From positions 1-48,405 of IMG/VR virus record IMGVR_UViG_3300012041_000008: a DNA stretch of 48,405 bases; one strand, written 5' to 3'. This DNA comes from a virus (lineage: Duplodnaviria > Caudoviricetes). Each line of letters opens with the position of its first letter. Within the stretch, counting starts at the first letter, position 1. Below are positions 1 to 9,503 of this stretch, in pieces. The translations under genes and the position numbers were made by a program. The notes below the pieces were generated by a model. That model did not search any database and had not been told where the DNA came from. It saw only the letters and a list, made by a program, of their open reading frames with translations.

Positions 1-123
1 ACACGATATCGACAGGTGGTTTCTTTATAATGCTAAGGATTCCGCCGTGGATTGCGAAGTTGATGAAGCTCAAGAAAAGGAACTGGAAGTCCTTTCAGAT
101 ATTTACAAGACGGATTTAAAAGC
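1..123. repeat. Terminal direct repeat, identical to 48283-48405 (assembly overlap of a circular/permuted genome)
   Basis: First 123 nt match last 123 nt; the repeat falls inside a continuous reading frame, so it is not a physical terminal repeat. Confidence 0.97.
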
Positions 124-1447
124 ATTCTATTATGGATATATAACCAGACTACATGGTCTATACTTTGATATGGAGAAGGTAGGATTTAAGGTAGATAATG
201 GAGTAAGAGATTATCTTATTGCTAAGTATCAGACGTGGGCTGAACATCTGTATATTCAATTAGCAGTAGCAACTGGAAGGGAAATAAACTATAACTCTCC
301 AAAGCAGGTAAAGGAGTTACTATATGAGCAGATGAAGATTCGTCCTATTGATAAAGACCATAGTACAAACGAAGATGTGATATCAAAGTTATTGAAAGAT
401 AAGGTGAGAGATGAATCCTACCGTTCAGTTCTATCAAATATACTGGAAATACGAAGAGTTAATAAGACTCTATCAACGTATCTCTATGCAATGCCAGATT
501 TTGATGGGAGAATGCGAACCCAAATTAGAATTACTGGAACAGAAACGGGTCGAAGTTCAGATAGCGTATTGGACCCTCCCACTAGACCATGCAAAATTGG
601 ATTCGCTTTCAAAACAGTTACAAAGCATGGAGATATCGGGCAAGACGTTAGAAGCATCCTTATTGCTGACCCAGGATATGTTATTGTTAACATTGACCTT
701 AGCCAAGCTGAAGCCCGCATAGTAGCTTTGTTAAGTGAAGATGATGAGTTACTGGCAGCATTCGATAAGATAGATATACACAGAAGGACAGCCTCACTTG
801 CGTTATTTACGGGACAGCTTAATCTATCGCATGAGTTTGACCCGATTGCTGATGTTATTGGGAAGGATAGTCCTGAAAGATTTATAGGTAAAAAGGTAAG
901 ACATGCTGGCAATTATGAAATGAAGTGGAGAGAGTTCCTAAAGAATGTTATATCAGACTGTAGGAGATTCCATATTCAGTTTACAATCAGCCCGTTTTCA
1001 GCAGGACAAATACTAGATAGATTCCATGCAGCTTCACCTAAAATAGCAGGTGTATTCCATAGGGATATTAGAGATGCTATTGATACCAGCCGGGCATTAG
1101 TAAATCCCTTTGGTAGATTAAGGAGATTCTTTGATAGACCAGGACCCCAACTCTATAAAGAAGCTGATGCTTTTATACCTCAATCGACTGTTAAAGATAG
1201 ACTCACTAACAGTCTATTGGAAATACGCGACAAGAAATACCCGATTAAAATGGTTAATGAGTCTCACGATTCTGGCACTTTTCTTATGCCTATTGGTGAG
1301 CATGTTGATATATGCCGTGAAATAAAACCTATTATGGAACAGCCCATTGACTTCTCCACCTGCTCCTTAAAGAGAGGGATATTAGTTATTCCTTGTGATT
1401 TCGAGGTAGGTGACAATTACAAAGACTTACAAAAGCTCAAGCTGTAG
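1..1447 (+). CDS. polA: Family A DNA polymerase, C-terminal part (gene starts at 47258 and wraps; 823 aa total)
   Basis: TGRSS, motif A NIDLSQAEARIVA, motif B RFIGKKVRHAGNY, motif C ESHDS; frame continuous with 47258-48282. Confidence 0.95.
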   Translation, partial: HDIDRWFLYNAKDSAVDCEVDEAQEKELEVLSDIYKTDLKAFYYGYITRLHGLYFDMEKVGFKVDNGVRDYLIAKYQTWAEHLYIQLAVATGREINYNSPKQVKELLYEQMKIRPIDKDHSTNEDVISKLLKDKVRDESYRSVLSNILEIRRVNKTLSTYLYAMPDFDGRMRTQIRITGTETGRSSDSVLDPPTRPCKIGFAFKTVTKHGDIGQDVRSILIADPGYVIVNIDLSQAEARIVALLSEDDELLAAFDKIDIHRRTASLALFTGQLNLSHEFDPIADVIGKDSPERFIGKKVRHAGNYEMKWREFLKNVISDCRRFHIQFTISPFSAGQILDRFHAASPKIAGVFHRDIRDAIDTSRALVNPFGRLRRFFDRPGPQLYKEADAFIPQSTVKDRLTNSLLEIRDKKYPIKMVNESHDSGTFLMPIGEHVDICREIKPIMEQPIDFSTCSLKRGILVIPCDFEVGDNYKDLQKLKL

Positions 1448-1461
1448 AGAAGTGTGATTAT

Positions 1462-2658
1462 ATGAGCTGGTTGGATTTACTGTTAGAAGAGACTAACTTT
1501 GTCGAAACTCCAAAACAGTGGATATACTGGAGTGGACTTGCAACTATATCTGCAATTACTTCACCTAACATTATTATCAATAAGGGGGCATATAAACTTA
1601 AGCCCAATCTTTACATACTGCTAATAGGTAGGTCAGGATTAGGTAAAGGATTCGGGCCGGCTGTAGCTAGAACATTAGTTAAGATGATTGACAATACTCG
1701 GGTTATATCTGGAAGGGGGAGCATTGAAGGTATCATTAAGGAATTGGCTATTGTTAAAGCTAGGGAAAACGGACATATACCATTTAAAGATGCAAGAGGA
1801 TTTTTATGCAGCGGTGAGTTCGCATCATCACTATATGAAGCTACCCACGCCCTTACTATCCTTACTGATTTATATGATGCTCACTATAATCCAGAATGGG
1901 TTAATACACTTAAAAATTCTCCTGTTGAAAAACTACGGTTTCCCTGCCTAACTCTACTATCAGGAGCCAATCAAGAGATGTTTGATTTAACTGTAGATAA
2001 GAGTCATCTAGGTGGTGGGTTTATTGGCAGGACACTATTGATTAGGGCAGATAAAAGATTCAAAGCTAACTCAATGATATATGAAGAAGGAGAAGAAGTA
2101 GAAGAGGTAGATTATGAGAAACTAGCTGAGCATTTAAAGTTACTATCTAAACTAGAAGGGGAAATGATATGGTCAAAGCCGGCTAAGAAAGCATATAACA
2201 AATGGTTCTACGCATATAGAGATGAAGATGTTGATGACAAGACTGGAACTTACGATAGACTTAACGACCACTTAATTAAGATAGCAGCCTGTATATCTCT
2301 GAGTAGAAAAACTAATATGGTAATAGAGGAAGTAGATATTGAAGATGCTATTGTAGCCTGCTCTAGCTTGAGTAATGATGCAAGACGAACGGCTGGTATG
2401 CAAGGCAAAAGCTCTACTGCTAATGCTATTAAAGCCTTCCTAATAATTATGTTCTCAGCAGAGAACTATACACTTACTCGCAAGCAAGCTCTACAGAAAG
2501 GATTTGGAGAGTTTGACTCTTCAGAGCTAGATAGAATTGTAGAGTCTTTAAGCCAAACAGGTTTCGTTACACAACCTACAGGTGGTAAAGAAGTCAGTTA
2601 TAAACTAACACCGTTGTGTATTAGCTGGTGGGAAAAGAATACAAAGGGGAAGAAGTAA
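1462..2658 (+). CDS. DUF3987/YfjI-like P-loop ATPase, probable replicative helicase
   Basis: NLYILLIGRSGLGKG Walker A, SGEF Walker-B-like, LTDLYD, GGFIGR; directly downstream of polymerase. Confidence 0.75.
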   Translation: MSWLDLLLEETNFVETPKQWIYWSGLATISAITSPNIIINKGAYKLKPNLYILLIGRSGLGKGFGPAVARTLVKMIDNTRVISGRGSIEGIIKELAIVKARENGHIPFKDARGFLCSGEFASSLYEATHALTILTDLYDAHYNPEWVNTLKNSPVEKLRFPCLTLLSGANQEMFDLTVDKSHLGGGFIGRTLLIRADKRFKANSMIYEEGEEVEEVDYEKLAEHLKLLSKLEGEMIWSKPAKKAYNKWFYAYRDEDVDDKTGTYDRLNDHLIKIAACISLSRKTNMVIEEVDIEDAIVACSSLSNDARRTAGMQGKSSTANAIKAFLIIMFSAENYTLTRKQALQKGFGEFDSSELDRIVESLSQTGFVTQPTGGKEVSYKLTPLCISWWEKNTKGKK

Positions 2659-2882
2659 TGTTGGGAAGAGTTAAATCTATTAAACCCTCACTATACGGTT
2701 TCATTCTTGATGAGGCAGGAGTAGAGTATTTCTTTCACGCACAAAACTTTAGTGGTAATTGGGAGGAACTACAGTTAATGTCCCCACCTATTACCACTAA
2801 AGGTCCGGTAGTTCAGTTTACCCCAGAGCACAGTCTAAAGGGTATGCGTGCAGTTAAAGTAGAACTCATCGGCGACCTGTAA
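2658..2882 (+). CDS. Cold-shock domain (OB-fold) protein
   Basis: GRVKS..YGFI (RNP1) and YFFH (RNP2), ends G.RAVKV; TAATG coupling at 2656-2660. Confidence 0.85.
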   Translation: MLGRVKSIKPSLYGFILDEAGVEYFFHAQNFSGNWEELQLMSPPITTKGPVVQFTPEHSLKGMRAVKVELIGDL

Positions 2883-5800
2883 GATTATATTCATAGCTAG
2901 TCCTACTAGGTGGTTTATATTCAAATGGGTTTTTCTTATCCTTATATGCCAGAGGTAGCTCTGCAATCCTAGACATAAACTCTTCCCATCCTGCTCTACC
3001 TGTTGCTTTATTAATAGGCTGAGCAAATTGGGGAGGACCAAAGTTTATAGCTTGTGACGCTGTATTCTTTAGTCTTTGCCCAAGAGGGATAGGATTACCA
3101 AAATTATCTCTAGTCTTGCGAATATTAGGCTCACCTTTAAAGTTCTCTCCAACAATACCAAAGTCAGTAATAAGACGTAGTAAAGGAGAAACCCTATTCT
3201 CTACCGCTTGAGCAATAACATTAACTCCACCTTCTCCAGAAGCTACTGACTGTGCCACTTGAACTGGAATCTTAAAGAAGTCAGCAGCATTACCAAAGAG
3301 CTTTACCTTCCTATCCTGCCCATCCAATGTTTCACCAAAATCTAAATTGAATTGGTCACCAGGTGCATTCTCAAACATGAACTTTCCTGTTGCTGCATAT
3401 TGAGCTAAATTAGCCGCAACATATGTGCCCATTAATCGTGCTCCTGCTGCACGATAAGCTTTTGAGGCTGGCGAATTAAAGTCTTTCAATCCAGGCATCA
3501 ATGACTTTGGAATCTTTACTCCCAAGTCAACAGTAGAGCGTAGCCAATCAGGAGCCATTAGCAGAATACGAGCAGCAGTTCGAGAATTCTTACTCTGATA
3601 AATTAAATCAAGGTTCTTACCAGAGTAGAATGAATCTGTTATCTGCGTTGCATTTTTACCTGCCTCAGCTTCACTCATTCCTTGTTTGATAAACTTAGCG
3701 TAGTTCTCTTTCCACGCAGTCCACTTCAGAGCAGGAATCATCTTATCAAATAGTGGCCCTTCAAAGTATTTATTCTGTGCCTCTGATAAGAAGTTAAATC
3801 CTTTCTTAAACTTACCTAGATTTTCTCCTTCAAAGAACTTACCGCCCATAGCAGCAGGGTCTTCTACATTAGCTTTAAAGCCATGCTCTTGGGTAGCTTT
3901 AACCATCTGCTCATTCTCTGCTTCCAGTAGAGCAGTAGCTTTCTTAGGAGATAATCCAAACTTAAGAGCCTGTATATTCCTCTTTATCCCACCTTCCATA
4001 TAAGACCGGCCAGAAAACGGTGCAGCTAAGTTTAATCCATGTGCAGTAAATAGAGGTCTACCAGGAACAACACCAGATGATAATGCTAAGTTAGTAGCCT
4101 TACCTACTCCCTTAGCTAAACGTGAACCAAACCCCCGTGATTGAGTTTCAGGACTTTGGAGATAACCTTCTATTGCATTCTTAACTTCTGGATGTGCATA
4201 GTATCCTTTAAATGTCCCAAGATTTGGGTCCATCTCCAGCATATCAGCAGTCTTCTTATTCTCCTGAACAACATAACCATTTTTCTTAAGGGCAGATAAA
4301 GCTTCATTATCAGCAATAAGCTTATTAACCCTCTGAGCGTAGTTAGTCATCAGCTCGATTGGAGAAAGCTTAGGCTTAAGCCCTGCCTTTATACCAGCTT
4401 CATAATCCTGGATAAAGGAATGATACTGGAATGATGCTCTCTCACTCAGAGCTTTATCCCCAAGTGCTCTAACAATTTCATCTTCAGTATTATCCCAAAT
4501 CTGTGGTAAGTAATTCGCCTTCTTACCTAAATCAAGACCACGAGATGTTACTGTTTCATGGAGATTATCAAAGAACTCTCTAACACCAGGATGTTTACCC
4601 TCAGTTATTCCTTTCTGGAACTCTACAACCTTTTCCTTGGGAATAGAAGCAACATCCTTAAACTTATCTCTTACTCCTTTACCAATCAGGTCATTAGCAC
4701 TACGCATCTTAATGAGCCTATCGGTAATAGACTTAAGAGCAGGGTTATTCTTTAAGAACTTCTTAGTGCTATATTTACTCTCAGCTTTAGCTGCTCCTGC
4801 TGCACCTTGATTAGCTCCAGTATTAATCTTAGCCGGTTCAACACCAGTGTATTTTAATGTTACATCACCACTGGCATTTCTCTCAGTAACAGAATAACCT
4901 TGAGCTTCATGCAGCTTAATTTCATCAGCAGTTGGGTTATTGAGAATCTTAAATCTATCTGGCTTAGCTAAATCTCCCTTTACCTTAGGAGGCTTTTCTA
5001 CACTCCTCATAATAACGTCACCATTATCCAGCTTCTTCTGAATAACGTAGCCATTATCTAACATCCCATTAATTTCACTTTGCTTGGGGTCTCTTAATGT
5101 AACTTCTTTCCACTGTCTATTAGGTCTAACAGCATCGAATCTATTTGGGTCAGTAGATTTAAAATAAATATCATCAATATCAGAACCACCTTCTCTCCAT
5201 CCTCTTTGCAATGGAGTTTGTGGTCTTACTTCTGGGACTGTTTGGTCTGCATATAACGAGTCCATTAATCTTTCTGCTGTAGTTCTCTTCTTAATATCTC
5301 TTAAACTTTCACCCCTAGTAGCAGTAGGTAATAACTCTTCTGTTTGTTTAGCAGTCTTAGCTAACTTAGATGCTGCTACTGCTTTTACTTTTACTCCTTT
5401 TAATGTAGATGGAGTAGTAGTTGGAACTCCACCCCAATTCTGTCTAGGTCCAGAAACAAAGGATAATCTGGCTCCTCTTTGTGGTGGTATATCAGATTGT
5501 TTTCCACCACCCTCAGCTAATGTCCTTAGTCTAGTAACATTAGGAACTTCTGGTCTTAAGCGATTAGGAACAGTAGCATATATCTGGTCAATATCTAATT
5601 CATCTGAACCTTCTACTAACTCTCCACCAATCTTTCTATTCCTCATAGCCTCTGCAACATCAGGGCTAATAGCTTCTTTACCAATCTCTACCTCAACAAC
5701 CTTAGTTTTAATCTTACCGTTCTTAGTTCTTACTATATTACCCTTCTTATCCTTAACAGGAATTCTAACCTTTTCAATTTGTGGCTTAGCAGGAGTTTCA

Positions 5801-6930
5801 CCTCTACCTAATATACCTTGTGAACGTGGCTGTGGATAAGGTTCTGTTCCTTTTCTAGTTCCAACAGAACCAAAATCCCAAGCTGTTCTTGGACTTAAAT
5901 CAAGATTAGTAAAGTCTCCAGGTCTAGTATCAATACTTCTAGCTTGTGTTCCTGTCTGCCCAAAGTCTAAAGCATTTAATGTCTCTGGTGTATTGGGGTC
6001 TAATGCTAATCCTACTTTACCAGAAGGATGTGAGATAAATCTTGGTCTACCAGTAGCACTAGATTCACCTAATAGTTTAGGTTTCCTAACTACAGGTGGA
6101 GGCTGATTCGTTACTATATTACCACCAGCAACAGGCGGTGCTACATATGGTCTAACATTAGGTGACATTCCAGCTACAGCAGTTAATTGCCTAGAAGGTG
6201 GAATAATACCAGATGGGTCAGTAACAGGTGGAACAACATTAACCTTTGGGTCTGCTGGTAATAAACTAGGGTCTATTCCCCTATTCATTACTCTTGGCAT
6301 TGAACCTAAAGCGCCAGCAGTAGCACCACCAAACAACCCACCAAAAGCTGCACCTTGCCCTAATTCACCAAGAGAAGGTAATCCTTCACCTTCAGCTAAT
6401 TGTGTTCCAGCAGTAGAAGCAGCACCTAATACTCCACCTTGAGCAGCACCACTTAAAGCATACTTACCTAATTGCCTAGCAGTAGCAGCAGCACCAGGAG
6501 CTTTACCTAAAAATGGAACAGCACCTAAAGCAGTTTGTGTTGCTATTTGAGCAGGGTTAAATTCTCTTCTAATACCCTGACCTTTTTCATACCACTCTGC
6601 TAATCCTTCACCTAATGCTGAACCAGCAGCACCACCAGCCATTGCTCCACCAACAGCACCTATTCCTAATGCTGGAATACCAGCAACACCACCAGCAAAT
6701 CCACCAGCAATAGAAGGAATAGTTCTTAATCCACCAGCTATTAGTTTTTGTGTAGTAGTTGGCTGTCTTAGAGATGGAGCAGCAGTCCTTCTATTAGGAA
6801 CGGTAGGAGTCCTTAATTTATTCCTCTCATACCAGCTATTAGAATTAGGTGGCGCAGTAGGAGAAGAAGGTGGAGGATTAGGCGTTGGAGTAAATTGCCT
6901 ATTTCTTTCATACCAAGAATTTTGTGGCAT
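2866..6930 (-). CDS. Large internal virion/DNA ejection protein (1354 aa)
   Basis: Last gene of structural arm; Gly/Ala-rich hydrophobic N-terminal segments, helical C-terminal domain; position typical of podovirus ejectosome genes. Confidence 0.65.
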   Translation of the reverse strand: MPQNSWYERNRQFTPTPNPPPSSPTAPPNSNSWYERNKLRTPTVPNRRTAAPSLRQPTTTQKLIAGGLRTIPSIAGGFAGGVAGIPALGIGAVGGAMAGGAAGSALGEGLAEWYEKGQGIRREFNPAQIATQTALGAVPFLGKAPGAAATARQLGKYALSGAAQGGVLGAASTAGTQLAEGEGLPSLGELGQGAAFGGLFGGATAGALGSMPRVMNRGIDPSLLPADPKVNVVPPVTDPSGIIPPSRQLTAVAGMSPNVRPYVAPPVAGGNIVTNQPPPVVRKPKLLGESSATGRPRFISHPSGKVGLALDPNTPETLNALDFGQTGTQARSIDTRPGDFTNLDLSPRTAWDFGSVGTRKGTEPYPQPRSQGILGRGETPAKPQIEKVRIPVKDKKGNIVRTKNGKIKTKVVEVEIGKEAISPDVAEAMRNRKIGGELVEGSDELDIDQIYATVPNRLRPEVPNVTRLRTLAEGGGKQSDIPPQRGARLSFVSGPRQNWGGVPTTTPSTLKGVKVKAVAASKLAKTAKQTEELLPTATRGESLRDIKKRTTAERLMDSLYADQTVPEVRPQTPLQRGWREGGSDIDDIYFKSTDPNRFDAVRPNRQWKEVTLRDPKQSEINGMLDNGYVIQKKLDNGDVIMRSVEKPPKVKGDLAKPDRFKILNNPTADEIKLHEAQGYSVTERNASGDVTLKYTGVEPAKINTGANQGAAGAAKAESKYSTKKFLKNNPALKSITDRLIKMRSANDLIGKGVRDKFKDVASIPKEKVVEFQKGITEGKHPGVREFFDNLHETVTSRGLDLGKKANYLPQIWDNTEDEIVRALGDKALSERASFQYHSFIQDYEAGIKAGLKPKLSPIELMTNYAQRVNKLIADNEALSALKKNGYVVQENKKTADMLEMDPNLGTFKGYYAHPEVKNAIEGYLQSPETQSRGFGSRLAKGVGKATNLALSSGVVPGRPLFTAHGLNLAAPFSGRSYMEGGIKRNIQALKFGLSPKKATALLEAENEQMVKATQEHGFKANVEDPAAMGGKFFEGENLGKFKKGFNFLSEAQNKYFEGPLFDKMIPALKWTAWKENYAKFIKQGMSEAEAGKNATQITDSFYSGKNLDLIYQSKNSRTAARILLMAPDWLRSTVDLGVKIPKSLMPGLKDFNSPASKAYRAAGARLMGTYVAANLAQYAATGKFMFENAPGDQFNLDFGETLDGQDRKVKLFGNAADFFKIPVQVAQSVASGEGGVNVIAQAVENRVSPLLRLITDFGIVGENFKGEPNIRKTRDNFGNPIPLGQRLKNTASQAINFGPPQFAQPINKATGRAGWEEFMSRIAELPLAYKDKKNPFEYKPPSRTSYEYNLTGRR

Positions 6931-6936
6931 GATTAC

Positions 6937-9492
6937 CTACTTCTTCTTAGCTGGAGCTTGCTTAACAGGATATAATTGAACATGGGTTGGGTCAAATGGT
7001 TTAACCCAATCTCCACCCCAAGTTAATCCTCTAGACTTAGCAGCTTTACTAAGGACAGAAAAGATTACTCTACCTTCCTTAGTGGGAATACCTCTAGAAT
7101 CATCAGGCTTGATAACCTTACCATTCTTATCAATAAACTCTAAGTCAGCTGCTAATGCAGTTTGGTGTTCAGATTGTTTAATCTTACCATCAGCATTAGT
7201 AATGATACGACCAGGTGCTGACCTACCTTTAGCATAGTATTCAGCTTGCTTTTCAGGACTTCTATATCCTTCTCTAATCCTTACCTTATATCCGGTTTCT
7301 CTTTGAACCTGCTTCATTACTTCACTTAATATAGAATCGAACTTCCTCTGCTCAGGTGGAACAGGTTTCATTTCAGCACCAGCAGGACTAATGTTTCTAG
7401 CTGGAGCGGGTGCTACTTCTGGTGGTGGAGTTATCCTAATAGGATTAGGTGCTGGCGTAGGTGGAGCAATATTAGGAGAAACATTCATAGGTGGAGCAGC
7501 AACAGGTGGTGGAGAAGTTCTATTAGACCATCCTGTTTGTGGTAAACTTCTTTGCATAGCAGCAGGAGCAGCAGGAACAGGAGGATTAATACCAGTTCCA
7601 GCAGGTGCTACATTTTGAACTGGTGCTGGAGTAGGACTAATAGGTGTAGGTCTAGCTGGTGGAGCAACCATAGCTCCAGGTTCATCTAAAAATCTACCTG
7701 CTGGTGGTCTAGGAATAGGAGAACCAATTCTATTAGGTGTTACAGAACCAGGTTCCTGCTGCATAAATCCCGGTGGTAATTGAGCAGGAGCAGGTGTCAT
7801 TCCCTCAGCCATTCGTGGGCTGATATTCCTAGCTGGAGCAAATACTTTACCACCTAAAGGACTAGCAGGTAATGGATTTTTAGTTGGATGAACTGTTGCA
7901 CCTAAAGCTTTTAATGATTCTACTTCTTCTGGTTCTGCTTCAAACTCTGGATTCTCTCCTTCTGGAACTTCATCAGGAGGAGCAATCATAGTAACAGTTC
8001 TTTTTGCATTACTAGAAGGAGCAGGAGCAGGGCCAAATCCTCTTCTATTAGATGGAGCACTAGTAAAAGCATTTAAATCTGGTGGTGCTGCTGAAGCTGA
8101 TGGTGTTCCTGTTGGAGCTTCACTATCTCTCCAGGGAACAAAAGGCATATCCTCTGGATTAATATATTGTGACGGAGCACTAGCACCAACAGGACTTGGT
8201 GTTCTAGGTCTTGGTGGATTAACAGGACCAGGAACATTAGAAGCTGGTGGAGCAGTAGAAGGAGTAATAGATGGACCAGCAGCATCAGTAGCAGCAGGAC
8301 CAGTATTAGTATTACCACCACCTACTGACGGATTCCTAACTCCACTAATAGTATTTCCAATATGCTGCCTAACTAACTCCTCTGTTGTTGCATTACCACC
8401 AAAAAATGGAGCTTTTGATACTGGTGCTCCATTGTCATCAAACTGTAAATAGTTATTTGCATCAACAGGCAAATCACCAGTAGCAACAGCAGATGCAATA
8501 GCAGTAACAACATTATGTGCTACAGTATTAGGTGGTATAGAGGTTGCTCTAAGTTTTAAATTAGCAACAGCTAAATCCCTTTTCTGTTGTTCAGCAGCAG
8601 CTCTTTGTGCATTCGTATCCATGTTATTAGCACGAGAGGTAGCAGCTACAATCCTATCATGCTGGTTAGTATAGTAAGCTCTAATCTCTTCTTGTTTCGC
8701 AAATTCTCTTATTGCGTTATCATACTGTTCCTTAGTAGTATAACCAGTCTTACCAATCTTATGCTTTAACTGGGTTCCCTTATCATAGAGATATGTATAA
8801 CCATCAGTCTCATTAATGGTTATCATATTGTCCGCAGCCATATTCTTAATCTGTGCTTCTAATAACTTATCTGCTCTAGTTTCTCCTCTTTCTTCTCTAG
8901 CCGCAGCGTCTTTCTTAAGACGTAAATCTTCAGATGCCCAGTAATTTCTATTCTGAGCCTCTAATGCACTAAGCTTACTAGAAACATCTGAATCTTCAAG
9001 CTGAGCTAAACTACCAAACTCTTTAATCTTTCTGTCATAAGCTTCATCAGAACGCATCTGTGGGGCTTCATAAGCAGAACGACCTAAATTATATCCAGCA
9101 GTAGCATTATTCTGCCCAAATCCTGTAGCAGCACCCGCTAATACTGAACCTAATTTAGCCCATTTACCACGTTCAATTTGTGGAGCACCTTCTTGGGCAA
9201 GCTTCTGGTAAGCTAATCTATTGGGTCTATTGCTTTCAATCTGTGCATACTGCTCAGCAAAATTAATAGGAGCATTAACACCTGGAATTGTTTGTGCTTG
9301 TGGATGATTATATGGAGAAACTGGTTCTTGTGGTGGAGAACTAGGTGGTGGAGTATTAAAATCAAACGGGCCTAAAGCAGTATCCTGCCTCGGCTGAGGA
9401 ACAAACAAGTTTGGCCTTGTTGTTCTCGGCATTAAGTTAGGAGTAAAGGAAGGAGCAAATCTGTTTCTGTAATTGTAATTGTAGTTAGGCAT
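6937..9492 (-). CDS. Ejection-type protein with Pro-rich linker and C-terminal M15 (L-Ala-D-Glu-type) peptidase
   Basis: C-terminal EGYRS..Q..YAKGR, SEHQTALAAD (SxHx6D), WGGDW..DPTH Zn-peptidase motifs. Confidence 0.85.
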   Translation of the reverse strand: MPNYNYNYRNRFAPSFTPNLMPRTTRPNLFVPQPRQDTALGPFDFNTPPPSSPPQEPVSPYNHPQAQTIPGVNAPINFAEQYAQIESNRPNRLAYQKLAQEGAPQIERGKWAKLGSVLAGAATGFGQNNATAGYNLGRSAYEAPQMRSDEAYDRKIKEFGSLAQLEDSDVSSKLSALEAQNRNYWASEDLRLKKDAAAREERGETRADKLLEAQIKNMAADNMITINETDGYTYLYDKGTQLKHKIGKTGYTTKEQYDNAIREFAKQEEIRAYYTNQHDRIVAATSRANNMDTNAQRAAAEQQKRDLAVANLKLRATSIPPNTVAHNVVTAIASAVATGDLPVDANNYLQFDDNGAPVSKAPFFGGNATTEELVRQHIGNTISGVRNPSVGGGNTNTGPAATDAAGPSITPSTAPPASNVPGPVNPPRPRTPSPVGASAPSQYINPEDMPFVPWRDSEAPTGTPSASAAPPDLNAFTSAPSNRRGFGPAPAPSSNAKRTVTMIAPPDEVPEGENPEFEAEPEEVESLKALGATVHPTKNPLPASPLGGKVFAPARNISPRMAEGMTPAPAQLPPGFMQQEPGSVTPNRIGSPIPRPPAGRFLDEPGAMVAPPARPTPISPTPAPVQNVAPAGTGINPPVPAAPAAMQRSLPQTGWSNRTSPPPVAAPPMNVSPNIAPPTPAPNPIRITPPPEVAPAPARNISPAGAEMKPVPPEQRKFDSILSEVMKQVQRETGYKVRIREGYRSPEKQAEYYAKGRSAPGRIITNADGKIKQSEHQTALAADLEFIDKNGKVIKPDDSRGIPTKEGRVIFSVLSKAAKSRGLTWGGDWVKPFDPTHVQLYPVKQAPAKKK

Positions 9493-9503
9493 GATTTGCT
9501 TCC

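Noticed and set aside
1-123. Biological terminal repeat or att site
   Set aside because: Lies mid-gene; best explained as assembler overlap
47-1447. 466-aa polymerase starting at GTG 47
   Set aside because: Artefact of linearisation; the frame is open from ATG 47258 across the junction
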